From Sphingomonadales bacterium UBA6171 (GTDB lineage: Bacteria; Pseudomonadota; Alphaproteobacteria; Sphingomonadales; Sphingomonadaceae): a stretch of DNA of 64,000 nucleotides. Below, piece after piece: positions 50,110 to 59,329 of the stretch. Positions within the stretch are counted from its first letter, which is position 1. Every line of letters begins with the position of its first letter. The notes beneath the pieces were generated by a model. That model ran no database searches and had not been told where the DNA came from. It saw nothing but the letters and a program-made list of their open reading frames with translations. Made by a program: the position numbers and the translations under genes. Where the stretch lies: positions 15,858 through 79,857 of the forward strand of contig DITZ01000048.1 in NCBI GenBank assembly GCA_002422985.1, read 5' to 3'.

Positions 50110-51723
50110 GTGATCGACTGGAATCTGGGCGATATTCTCGATGCTATCGAACCCGTCATGCCGCGGGATGCGCCGGCGCTGATTCACGGGGACCGGATCG
50201 TCACCTGGCCGGAATTATCCGCGCGTTCGAACAATATCGCCCGCGCCCTGCGGCGGCGCGGCGCTGATACCGGCGCGAAGGTCGCCTTTTACATGCGCAA
50301 CCGCACCGAATATGGCGAGCTGATGGCAGCCTGTTTCAAGGGGCGACTGACCCATGTGAACATCAACTACCGCTATCGGCCCGAAGAGGTTTTCTACATC
50401 TTCGACGATTCCGACAGCGAGGTCATCGTTTACAGCGAGGAGTTCCGCGACTGTATCGTCGAGCTTAAAGACCGGCTGGAGAAGGTTCACAGCTTTGTGG
50501 AAATTGGCGACGCCGCCGACATCGCGCCCTTTGCCATCCCCTATGAGACGCTCGCGCAGGAGGGCGATGGATCGGCGCTCGGCATCACCCGCTCGCCCGA
50601 CGATCTGCTGTTCATTTATACCGGCGGAACCACCGGCCGGCCCAAAGGCGTGATGTGGCGGCATGACGACATGCGCAAGGCGCAGCTCGACACGCAGAGG
50701 CCGGCCGGCCCGGTTCCGGAGACAGTGGAAGACAATGTCGCGCTGATCACGCTGAACGGGCCGGGCAGGCGCACGCTTTCCGCCTGTCCGCTGATGCACG
50801 GCACGGGCTTCATCACCGCGATCGGCGCGCTGATGACCGGCGGCGCCGTGGTCAGCCTGTCGGACCCGTCCTTCGATGCTGCGGAATTGTGGGAGACCGT
50901 CGAGAAGCACAGGGTGCAAAGCATCGCCATTGTCGGCGACGCCTTTGCCAGACCGATGCTGCGCGCGCTGGACGAGAATCCCGGTCGGTGGGACACGACC
51001 AGCCTTGGTGCCATCGTCTCATCCGGCGTGATGTGGAGCAGAGAGGTGAAGGCGGGCCTGTGCAGACATATTCCCCGGGTCATACTGATGGACAGTTTCG
51101 GCGCCTCCGAAGGGCTTGGTTTCGGGCTGTCGCTGACAACCGCAAAGGGGGGCACGAACACCGCAAAATTCGGCATCGGCGAATTCTGCGATGTCTTCGA
51201 CGAGAATGACCGGATCGTGCAACCGGGAAGCGGCGTGCCCGGATATATCGCCCGCAAAGGTGCGATTCCATTGGGATATTATAAGGATCCCGAAAAATCC
51301 GCCAAAACCTTCCGCACCATCAATGGCGTGCGCTATTCGATTCCGGGCGACTGGTGCCGGGTAGAGGCCGACGGCAGCCTGACCCTGCTGGGCCGTGGCA
51401 GCGTGTGCATCAACACGGCTGGCGAGAAAGTATATCCCGAGGAAGTGGAGGAGGTTCTGAAAACCCACCCCGCCATCAGCGACGCGCTGGTCGTGGGTGT
51501 GCCGAACGAAAAATGGGGCCAGGCCGTCACCGCCGTCGTGCATCTGAACGCGGGCGTCCCGTTCGACGAACAGGCGATCAGGGACCATGTGCGCGGGCAG
51601 TTGGCAGGCTATAAAACCCCCAAAGCCATCTATCCGACAGACACGCCGCTGCGCGCATCAAACGGCAAGGCTGACTATGCAACAGCAAAAGCAATCGCCG
51701 AGCGCGCGACTGCCGCTTCATGA
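50110..51723 (+). CDS. Acyl-CoA synthetase (FadD19-like)
   Basis: YTGGTTGRPKGVMW, PLMHG, IVGDAFARP, LGRGSVCINTAGEKVYPEEVE. Confidence 0.9.
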   Translation: MIDWNLGDILDAIEPVMPRDAPALIHGDRIVTWPELSARSNNIARALRRRGADTGAKVAFYMRNRTEYGELMAACFKGRLTHVNINYRYRPEEVFYIFDDSDSEVIVYSEEFRDCIVELKDRLEKVHSFVEIGDAADIAPFAIPYETLAQEGDGSALGITRSPDDLLFIYTGGTTGRPKGVMWRHDDMRKAQLDTQRPAGPVPETVEDNVALITLNGPGRRTLSACPLMHGTGFITAIGALMTGGAVVSLSDPSFDAAELWETVEKHRVQSIAIVGDAFARPMLRALDENPGRWDTTSLGAIVSSGVMWSREVKAGLCRHIPRVILMDSFGASEGLGFGLSLTTAKGGTNTAKFGIGEFCDVFDENDRIVQPGSGVPGYIARKGAIPLGYYKDPEKSAKTFRTINGVRYSIPGDWCRVEADGSLTLLGRGSVCINTAGEKVYPEEVEEVLKTHPAISDALVVGVPNEKWGQAVTAVVHLNAGVPFDEQAIRDHVRGQLAGYKTPKAIYPTDTPLRASNGKADYATAKAIAERATAAS

Positions 51724-51742
51724 GCAACAGCCCGGCATGGGC

Positions 51743-51766
51743 AGCGACGCTGAAATCTGCGTCGCT
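51743..51766 (+). terminator. Hairpin, probable terminator of the operon ending in the acyl-CoA synthetase
   Basis: AGCGACGC-N8-GCGTCGCT; weak U-tract. Confidence 0.4.
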
Positions 51767-51884
51767 TCAGCCGTCCGTCTCTGCGGGAAACAGGCTCCAC
51801 TCGAAAATGGTGCCAATCAGGCAGCGCGGCTGCGCCTGACAGGTTTCGGCGGTTGAGTGCGGGGCGGGGGCGTTCTAGCGTGGG

Positions 51885-53204
51885 GTGATGCACGGTTCCT
51901 CCCAGCTTCCACGGCAGCATTTCATGCTGGTTTTTTCGGCGCTGCTGGTGACGGCGGCGGGGAATACCGCGCTGCAATCGGTGCTGCCGGTGATCGGGCG
52001 GGAAATCCGCATTCCGGATCTGGCGATTGCGATGATCTTCTCCTTGTCGGCGCTGTTCTGGACCTTTTCGGCGCATTACTGGGCGCGGCGATCGGATATC
52101 GTCGGCCGGCGGCGGCTGATGATCGTGGGGGTGACGGGCTTTGGCGTTTCCATGCTGCTGTGCGCCTGCGTGGTGCTGGCGGGACTGAAGGGCCTGATTC
52201 CGCCGCTGCTGACCTTTTTGCTGTTTACCGTGGCGCGGGGGGTTTTCGGGATTTTCGGGGCGGCGGCCAATCCGGCGGCGCAGGCCTATGTCGCGGGGCG
52301 GACGAGCCAGGCGGAGCGGACGGCGGCGCTGGCGATGCTGGCATCCGCGTTCGGGCTGGGGACGATTTTGGGGCCGGCCGTGGCCCCGATCTTCATCCTG
52401 CCGGTCGTGGGGCTGGCGGGGCCGATGTTTGCCTTTGTGGGAATCGCCCTGATCGTGGTGCTGGCGATCCGGACCGGCCTGCCGGATGATGCGCCGGCGG
52501 CGGGTGATGCGCCGCAGGGCGGGCGGGGGGCACCGGCCTCCATGCCGACGCTGGGCTCGATGAATATGGGGGCCAGTGCGACGGCGGCGGACGCCAACAG
52601 CGCGACCGGCCGCCGGGAGCGGCTTTCGGTGACAGATCCGCGCGTGCGGCCATTCATGATCTTCGGCTTTGTGGCGGGATCGGTGCAGGCGGGAACGGGG
52701 CAGGCAATCGGGTTTTTCATCATCGACCGGATGTCGGACGGCACCGGCATTGCGCCGACGCAGCTGATCGCCATCACCTTCATGGCGGGCGCGGGGGCGA
52801 CGCTGCTGGCGCAATGGGGGCTGGTGCGGATGCTGAACCTGTCACCATCGCAGATGATGCGCTGGGGGAGCGTGATTGCGGCGGCCGGGCTGGCGGGGAT
52901 CGCCTTTGCGCCTGGCTTTTATGCGCTGGTGTTTGCCTTTGCGGTGTCGTCAGCCGGCTTTGGCTTTGCGCGGCCGGGGTTTATGGCGGGATCGTCGCTG
53001 GCGGTGGGGCGCGGCGAGCAGGGCGCGGTGGCGGGCGCGGTGACATCGGTGAACGGTGCCTGTTTTGTGCTGGCACCAGCGATCGGCATCGGCCTGTATG
53101 AACTGGTGCCGGAACTGCCCTATTGGCTGGCGGTGCCGATCATGCTGGCGCTGGCGATATATGCGTGGGGAAACGGCCTGCTGCGGACCAGCCAGCCGGT
53201 GTGA
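51885..53204 (+). CDS. MFS transporter
   Basis: Multiple TM segments; SDIVGRRRL motif A; LGTILGPAVA. Confidence 0.92.
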   Translation: MMHGSSQLPRQHFMLVFSALLVTAAGNTALQSVLPVIGREIRIPDLAIAMIFSLSALFWTFSAHYWARRSDIVGRRRLMIVGVTGFGVSMLLCACVVLAGLKGLIPPLLTFLLFTVARGVFGIFGAAANPAAQAYVAGRTSQAERTAALAMLASAFGLGTILGPAVAPIFILPVVGLAGPMFAFVGIALIVVLAIRTGLPDDAPAAGDAPQGGRGAPASMPTLGSMNMGASATAADANSATGRRERLSVTDPRVRPFMIFGFVAGSVQAGTGQAIGFFIIDRMSDGTGIAPTQLIAITFMAGAGATLLAQWGLVRMLNLSPSQMMRWGSVIAAAGLAGIAFAPGFYALVFAFAVSSAGFGFARPGFMAGSSLAVGRGEQGAVAGAVTSVNGACFVLAPAIGIGLYELVPELPYWLAVPIMLALAIYAWGNGLLRTSQPV

Positions 53205-53489
53205 GGGTTTGAAGGCGGTATTGCGCGATGACCAGCGGGGGCTGGCGGCGCGCGCGGCGGTGCCGGTTTCGGCCAGAATGGCTGTGCGGCGCAGACGCCG
53301 ACGGACCGGGTCATCAGGCAGTTCCACGAACCGGCACCCCACAGGAGGATCCGGGACTCCACCCCAGTCCCGACCTTGGCAGGCGCTTAGGCAAAGCCGG
53401 CGCGGTGCGGTCGCCTGTCCGGCGGTGAGCCTTTGCTCACACATAAAATAATCTTGCTGTTTATAAGCATCATTACTATCTACGCGCAC

Positions 53490-53948
53490 ATGGCCGACAA
53501 TCTCGGATTCCGTATCAGTGACCTGTCCCGATTGCTGCGGCGGCAGTTTGATGAACGCGCGCGCCGGATCGGCGTTACGCGGCCGCAATGGCGAACATTG
53601 ACCATGCTGCGACGCAATGAGGGCATCAATCAGAGCGGGCTTGCGGAATTGCTCGAGGTGGAACCGATCTCCCTGTGCCGGATGATCGACCGCCTGGAGG
53701 AAGCCGGCCTGGTCGAACGCCGCCGCGATCCCATGGATCGGCGGGCCTGGCGGATCTTTCTCACCGACAAATCCCGGCCCACCATTGAGCGGCTGGAGGT
53801 GATTGCCGACGAGCTGTTCGAGGTGGCATTGGACGGGATTCACGCGGCCGAGCGTGACAGGCTGTTCGACGCGCTCGACCGGATCCGAAGCAATCTTGGC
53901 GCCAACCAGACCGAATTCGAGATCGAGCAAGCAAGCAATCATGGCTGA
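53490..53948 (+). CDS. MarR/SlyA family regulator
   Basis: GVTRPQWRTL, IDRLEEAGLVERRRDPMDRRAW. Confidence 0.93.
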   Translation: MADNLGFRISDLSRLLRRQFDERARRIGVTRPQWRTLTMLRRNEGINQSGLAELLEVEPISLCRMIDRLEEAGLVERRRDPMDRRAWRIFLTDKSRPTIERLEVIADELFEVALDGIHAAERDRLFDALDRIRSNLGANQTEFEIEQASNHG

Positions 53949-55086
53949 CATCGACCCCCACCCCGCCTTCCCGCGCCGCGCTCTGGACGCACCGAACATG
54001 GAACAGGCCCTGCAACCGGGCAGCGCGCCACCGGATGCCTATGCCGCCGCTGCGGAGGCAAGGGAGGAACAGGCTGTTCGCCGCCGCTGGCTGCGGCCAA
54101 TGCTGATGCTCAGCGTGCCGCTGATCCTGGCGGGTGCGGCCGGCTATGTCTGGCTGACCGGGGGCCAATATGTGTCGACCGACAACGCCTATGTGAATCA
54201 GGACAAGGTTTCGATTTCTGCCGACGTCGCAGGGCGTATCGTGGAAGTGGCCGTGCGGGAAAATCAGCCGATCAAGGCCGGAGACCTGCTGTTCCGCATC
54301 GATCCCGATCCCTATCGCATCGCCTTGCAGCAAAGTGACGCGGCGCTGGCCGCCGCTCATGTGCAGGTCAACACCCTGTCCACCGACAGCGGCGGTGCGG
54401 CCGCCGACATTGCCAGCGCAAGGGCCGACATCGCACTGGCGCAGGCCACATACGACCGGCAGACCGAACTGATGAAACGCGGTTTTACAACGCGCGCCAG
54501 CCTCGACACCGCTGCGCACGAACTGGCAGCGGCCAAAGCACAACTGGCCACCGCACAGGCGAGCGCCGCGCGCGCCCGCAGCCAGATGGGCAGCGGATCG
54601 GCCTTGTCCGGCTCGCCTGCCGCCATTCAGGCGGCGCTGGCTCAGCGCGCCAAGGCAGAACTCGATGTCAAGCGTACCGCCGTACGCGCGCCCGTCGACG
54701 GCACTGTCAGCCAGGCGAGCCGCCTGCAGGTCGGCCAGATGATGATGACCGGGCTGCCTGCCGTCTCCATCGTGCAGAGCGATCGCTCGTGGGTTGACGC
54801 CAATTTCAAGGAAACCGACATCGACAGGATGCGGGTTGGGCAGCCGGCCGAAGTAACGTTCGACGCCTATAAGGATTTGAAACTGAAGGGCCATGTCGAA
54901 TCCATCGGTGCCGGCACCGGCTCGCAATTCTCGGTTCTGCCGGCGCAGAACGCCACCGGGAACTGGGTGAAGGTCACCCAGCGCGTGCCTGTCCGTATCG
55001 CGATCGACGAAAAGAGCCCGCGCCAGCTGATCGCGGGCCTCAGCGCCGTCGTGAAGGTCGATGTTCGCGACGATGGCCAGCGCTGA
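53941..55086 (+). CDS. HlyD/EmrA family efflux membrane fusion protein
   Basis: STDNAYV, ANFKET, FSVLPAQNATGNWVKVTQRVPVRI. Confidence 0.94.
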   Translation: MADIDPHPAFPRRALDAPNMEQALQPGSAPPDAYAAAAEAREEQAVRRRWLRPMLMLSVPLILAGAAGYVWLTGGQYVSTDNAYVNQDKVSISADVAGRIVEVAVRENQPIKAGDLLFRIDPDPYRIALQQSDAALAAAHVQVNTLSTDSGGAAADIASARADIALAQATYDRQTELMKRGFTTRASLDTAAHELAAAKAQLATAQASAARARSQMGSGSALSGSPAAIQAALAQRAKAELDVKRTAVRAPVDGTVSQASRLQVGQMMMTGLPAVSIVQSDRSWVDANFKETDIDRMRVGQPAEVTFDAYKDLKLKGHVESIGAGTGSQFSVLPAQNATGNWVKVTQRVPVRIAIDEKSPRQLIAGLSAVVKVDVRDDGQR

Positions 55087-56683
55087 CACGGCGGGCGGCG
55101 CGGGCGACGCGCGGCCGCAAAATCCCGACAGCGAGGATTCGCAGGATGAACGCCCGGCGCTCCATACCCGCAACCGGCCGCTGCTGACGATCGGCGTGAT
55201 GGCGGCAACCATCATGCACATCCTCGACACGACCATCGCCAACGTCGCCGTGCCGCACATGCAGGCCTCGCTGGGTGCAACGGCCGACACGATCACCTGG
55301 GTGCTGACCAGCTATATCATCGCCTCGGCCGTTGCGATTCCGCTGACGGGCTGGCTTTCCGATTATTTCGGCTCGCGCAGGCTGTTCCTGTGGGCGGTGT
55401 TCGGCTTCGTTGTGGCTTCCATGCTGTGCGGGATGGCAACGAGCCTGAACGAGATGGTCGCCTTTCGCCTGATGCAGGGGGTGGCCGGGGCTTTCATCGC
55501 GCCCCTCAGCCAGACGCTGATGATGGATATCAACCCGAAGTCGCGCCAGGCCAATGCCATGGCGATGTGGGGAATGGGGGTGATGATTGGCCCGATCCTT
55601 GGCCCCGTCGTCGGCGGCTGGCTGACCGAATATTATAACTGGCGCTGGTGCTTCTATGTGAACGTGCCGATCGGCATCGCCTGTTTTGCCATCCTGTGGG
55701 CGCTGTTGCCCTCGCATGACAAGAGGGTTCGGCGCTTCGACCTGTTCGGCTTTACGATGCTCGCCACTGCGCTTGGCGCCTTTCAGCTCATGCTGGATCG
55801 GGGGCAGACGCTGGACTGGTTCGAATCCTGGGAAGTGCGGATTGAAGGCATCGTCATGCTCATCGCCGCATGGATGTTCGTCATCCAGATGGCGACGAGC
55901 AAGGAGCCCCTGTTCGACCGGCGTATTTTTTCCAACCGCAACCTGATGACCGGCCTGTTCTTCATGGCGGTAAACGGCGTGCTGATGACGGCGGTGCTGG
56001 CGCTGCTGCCACCGATGCTGCAAACGCTCTATAATTATCCGGTGCTCACGACCGGCCTGATGCTCATGCCGCGGGGCATTGGCATATTCGTCAGCATGGG
56101 GATCGCCAGCCGTCTGATCGTCCGCGGCACCGATCCACGCATGCTTATGGGCGCCGGGCTGCTGATCGCCGCCTGGTCGTTGCACCAGATGAGCGGCTGG
56201 ACGCTGGATATGGGCTCCACGCCATTCATCGTCACCGGGCTCGTCCAGGGGCTGGGCTTTGGGCTCATTTTCGTCCCGCTCAACATGCTGGCGTTCGCAA
56301 CATTGCCGACGCCCTTGCGCACCGAGGGTGCGAGCCTGACAAACCTGTTCCGCAACCTTGGCGGCTCGGCAGGCATCTCCATGGTTACGGTGCTGCTGGC
56401 GCGTAATGTGCAGATCAACCATATGGAGCTGGGCGAAAACATCACCAGTGACAGCATCAACGCCGTCGATCCGGGAATGGCCTCGGCGCTGGGTTCCATA
56501 GGCGATACGGTGACGGCGATGCTTGACGCGGCCGTTAACGAGCAGGCGCTGATGATCTCCTATCTCAATGACTTCAAGCTGATGATGTTCCTGACCCTGG
56601 CGGCCCTGCCACTGCTGTTCCTGCTGAAGCTCCCGCCCAAACAGGGCGCCAATCGCGCCGAACCGCATGTTGCTTTCGAATGA
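55073..56683 (+). CDS. DHA2 (EmrB/QacA) MFS efflux pump
   Basis: LDTTIANVAVP, WVLTSY, GPILGPVVGGWLT, WRWCFYVNVPIG. Confidence 0.94.
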   Translation: MASADTAGGAGDARPQNPDSEDSQDERPALHTRNRPLLTIGVMAATIMHILDTTIANVAVPHMQASLGATADTITWVLTSYIIASAVAIPLTGWLSDYFGSRRLFLWAVFGFVVASMLCGMATSLNEMVAFRLMQGVAGAFIAPLSQTLMMDINPKSRQANAMAMWGMGVMIGPILGPVVGGWLTEYYNWRWCFYVNVPIGIACFAILWALLPSHDKRVRRFDLFGFTMLATALGAFQLMLDRGQTLDWFESWEVRIEGIVMLIAAWMFVIQMATSKEPLFDRRIFSNRNLMTGLFFMAVNGVLMTAVLALLPPMLQTLYNYPVLTTGLMLMPRGIGIFVSMGIASRLIVRGTDPRMLMGAGLLIAAWSLHQMSGWTLDMGSTPFIVTGLVQGLGFGLIFVPLNMLAFATLPTPLRTEGASLTNLFRNLGGSAGISMVTVLLARNVQINHMELGENITSDSINAVDPGMASALGSIGDTVTAMLDAAVNEQALMISYLNDFKLMMFLTLAALPLLFLLKLPPKQGANRAEPHVAFE

Positions 56684-56817
56684 AGCGCCATCCGAGCAAC
56701 AGCAGGCCAGCGCGCTTTTCTGCCTGACGGCGGCGAATGTGCCACGAAAAGCAGACGGGATGCGCAGACGGAATGCGCAGACAGCCAGGCCGGCACCACG
56801 GCCGGTCGGCCCCACCC

Positions 56818-56855
56818 GCCCCTGGCAGGGCAACTTGCCTTGTCCTGCCAGGGGC
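56818..56855. other. 16-bp inverted repeat upstream of thrS
   Basis: GCCCCTGGCAGGGCAA-CTTGCC-TTGTCCTGCCAGGGGC (one G-U pair); overlaps a candidate TTGCCT-N18-TAGGGT promoter. Confidence 0.6.
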
Positions 56856-56894
56856 CGCTAGGGTGGCGGCTCAACTGTTCGAAGGCTGTTTCCC

Positions 56895-58904
56895 GTGTCC
56901 CAACCCGTTCGTCTCACGCTTCCCGATGGCTCGGTGCGCGAAGTCGCCGCCGGGACAACGGCCGGCGATGTCGCGCGCGGCATCGGCGCGGGGCTGGCAA
57001 AGGCTGCGCTCGCCGCACGGCTGGATGGCGCGCTGGTGGATCTGGAGCGGCCGATCATGGCCGACGCCGCGCTCGCCATCGTAACGGCAAAGGACGAGGC
57101 CGACGCGCTGGCGCTGGTGCGCCATGATTTCGCGCATGTGCTGGCGGAAGCCGTGCAGCAGCGCTTTCCCGGCACGCAGATCACCTTCGGCCCGGCGACG
57201 GACGACGGCTTTTATTATGATCTCGCCCCGCCGCCCGGGCGCGGGCCGTTCACCGATGATGATCTGCCGGAAATCGAGGCGGCGATGCGCGCCATCATCG
57301 CGGCCAACAAGCCCCTGACGCGTGAAGTGTGGGCGCGCGATGCGCTGATCGCGCGCTGGCAGGCGCAGGGCGAGACGTTCAAGGCCCAATGGGCCGCCGA
57401 ACTGCCCGATGGCGAGGAATTGTCGGTCTATTGGTCGGGCCGGGACTGGATGGACATGTGCCGCGGGCCGCACCTGCCCTCCACCGGCAAGCTCGATCCG
57501 GCGGCCTTCCGGCTGACGCGGGTTTCCGGCGCCTATTGGCGGGGCGACCAGAAGAATCCGCAATTGTCGCGCATCTATGGCACCGGCTGGCTGAGCAAAA
57601 AACAGCTGGACGCGCATCTGCTGCGGCTGGAGGAGGCCGCCAGGCGCGACCATCGCAAGCTGGGGCAGGAGATGGACCTGTTCCACCTTCAGGCCGAAGC
57701 GCATGGCAGCGTGTTCTGGCATCCCAAAGGCTATATGATCTGGCGTCAGCTCGAGGCCTATATGCGCCGGCGGCTGGACGCGGCCGATTATGTGGAGGTG
57801 AAGACCCCGCAGGTGATGGACGCGCGCCAGTGGGAGCAATCGGGCCACTGGGGCAAATATCGCGAAAATATGTTCGTGATTCCCGATGAAGTGCCGAACA
57901 TCGACGATGACGGCCCGATAATCTCCGACGATGCGGACTGGATGGCGCTGAAGCCGATGAACTGCCCGGCGCATGTGCTGATCTTCCGGCAGGGCATCAA
58001 ATCCTATCGCGATCTGCCGCTCAGGATGGCCGAATTCGGCTGCTGCCACCGCAACGAGCCGCATGGCGCGCTGCACGGTATCATGCGCGTGCGCCAGTTC
58101 ACCCAGGATGATGCGCATATCTTCTGCCGGGCGGATCAGCTGGTGGAGGAAGTGGCGCGCTTCGTGGACCTGCTGGACCTTGTGTATCGGGATCTGGGCT
58201 TTGCGGATTATGCCATCAAGCTGGCGCTGCGCCCGGAAAAACGCTTTGGCAGCGAGGCGATGTGGGACTGGTCGGAACAGTCGCTGCGCGATGCGGTGGC
58301 GGCCACGGGGCGCAACACGGCGGATTTTGGCTGGGAGGAACTGCCGGGTGAAGGGGCCTTCTATGCGCCCAAGCTGGAGTTTCACCTGACCGACGCGATC
58401 GGCCGCACCTGGCAGGTGGGGACGATCCAGACGGATACCGTGCTGCCGGAACGGCTGGACGCCAGCTATGTGGGCGAGGATGGCGAACGGCACCGGCCGG
58501 TGATGCTGCACCGGGCGATTCTGGGCAGCTTCGAACGCTTCATCGGCATCCTGATCGAACATCATGCCGGGCGGCTGCCGCTGTGGCTGGCGCCGGTGCA
58601 GGTGGTGGTGGCGACCATCGTTTCCGATGCGGACGATTATGCGAAGGGGCTGGTCGCGCAGTTGCGCGCCGCCGGCATCCGGGCGGAGGCCGATCTTCGC
58701 AACGAGAAAATCAACTATAAGGTGCGCGAGCATTCGCTGGCGAAAGTGCCGGCGCTGCTGGTCGTGGGCCGCCGGGAGGCAGAGGAAGGCACGGTTGCCG
58801 TTCGCCGGCTGGGCGAGGAACGGCAGACGGTGCTTCCCTTTGCCGACGCGATGGCGCAACTTGGCGCAGAGGCGCTGGCGCCGGACCTGAGGAGTGCGAT
58901 GTGA
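56895..58904 (+). CDS. thrS: Threonine--tRNA ligase
   Basis: TGS N-domain, [43 protein letters not shown]. Confidence 0.98.
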   Translation: MSQPVRLTLPDGSVREVAAGTTAGDVARGIGAGLAKAALAARLDGALVDLERPIMADAALAIVTAKDEADALALVRHDFAHVLAEAVQQRFPGTQITFGPATDDGFYYDLAPPPGRGPFTDDDLPEIEAAMRAIIAANKPLTREVWARDALIARWQAQGETFKAQWAAELPDGEELSVYWSGRDWMDMCRGPHLPSTGKLDPAAFRLTRVSGAYWRGDQKNPQLSRIYGTGWLSKKQLDAHLLRLEEAARRDHRKLGQEMDLFHLQAEAHGSVFWHPKGYMIWRQLEAYMRRRLDAADYVEVKTPQVMDARQWEQSGHWGKYRENMFVIPDEVPNIDDDGPIISDDADWMALKPMNCPAHVLIFRQGIKSYRDLPLRMAEFGCCHRNEPHGALHGIMRVRQFTQDDAHIFCRADQLVEEVARFVDLLDLVYRDLGFADYAIKLALRPEKRFGSEAMWDWSEQSLRDAVAATGRNTADFGWEELPGEGAFYAPKLEFHLTDAIGRTWQVGTIQTDTVLPERLDASYVGEDGERHRPVMLHRAILGSFERFIGILIEHHAGRLPLWLAPVQVVVATIVSDADDYAKGLVAQLRAAGIRAEADLRNEKINYKVREHSLAKVPALLVVGRREAEEGTVAVRRLGEERQTVLPFADAMAQLGAEALAPDLRSAM

Positions 58905-59329
58905 TGGATGTGCGGCGGTTGAGCGAGGGATTCGCGGCATCGCCGCAGATCAGGCCGGAAGATTGCGCGACGATTGCGGCGATGGGCTTTGGCATCATCG
59001 TCAACAACCGGCCCGATGCCGAGGTGACGGCCCCGCTGGATGGCGCGTCCATCGAAGCGGCCGCGCAGCAGGCCGGGCTGGGCTATCTTGCCATCCCGGT
59101 CGATCACAGCGGTTTTTCCGCCGAACAGGTGGCGGCGATGTCGGCCTGCCTCGCGCATCAGAAGCCGGTGTTCGCCTATTGCCGCTCCGGCACCCGCTCC
59201 ACTTTGTTATGGGCGCTGGCGCAGGCGTCGCGCGGGGCAAAAGTGGATGATTGCGTTGCAGCAGCCGCCGCCGCCGGATATGATGTCAGCGGGCTGGTGC
59301 CGCTGATGCGCCAGCTGGGGGGGCTGTGA
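58904..59329 (+). CDS. TIGR01244-type phosphatase-like / sulfur transferase domain protein
   Basis: SPQI, VNNRPDAE, AYCRSGTRS. Confidence 0.9.
   Translation: MDVRRLSEGFAASPQIRPEDCATIAAMGFGIIVNNRPDAEVTAPLDGASIEAAAQQAGLGYLAIPVDHSGFSAEQVAAMSACLAHQKPVFAYCRSGTRSTLLWALAQASRGAKVDDCVAAAAAAGYDVSGLVPLMRQLGGL

Noticed and set aside
53205-53430. Possible ncRNA or riboswitch between the MFS gene and marR
   Set aside because: Only a short GGGACT/AGTCCC hairpin; no recognisable family consensus
53490-56683. marR-emrAB efflux locus as an acquired resistance determinant
   Set aside because: Ordinary chromosomal DHA2 efflux module with no mobility signs
56871-58940. 689-aa minus-strand ORF and other long antisense ORFs (e.g. 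5217-6935, 24695-26461, 55040-56833)
   Set aside because: Shadow frames opposite clearly recognisable genes; expected from high-GC codon bias; no motifs
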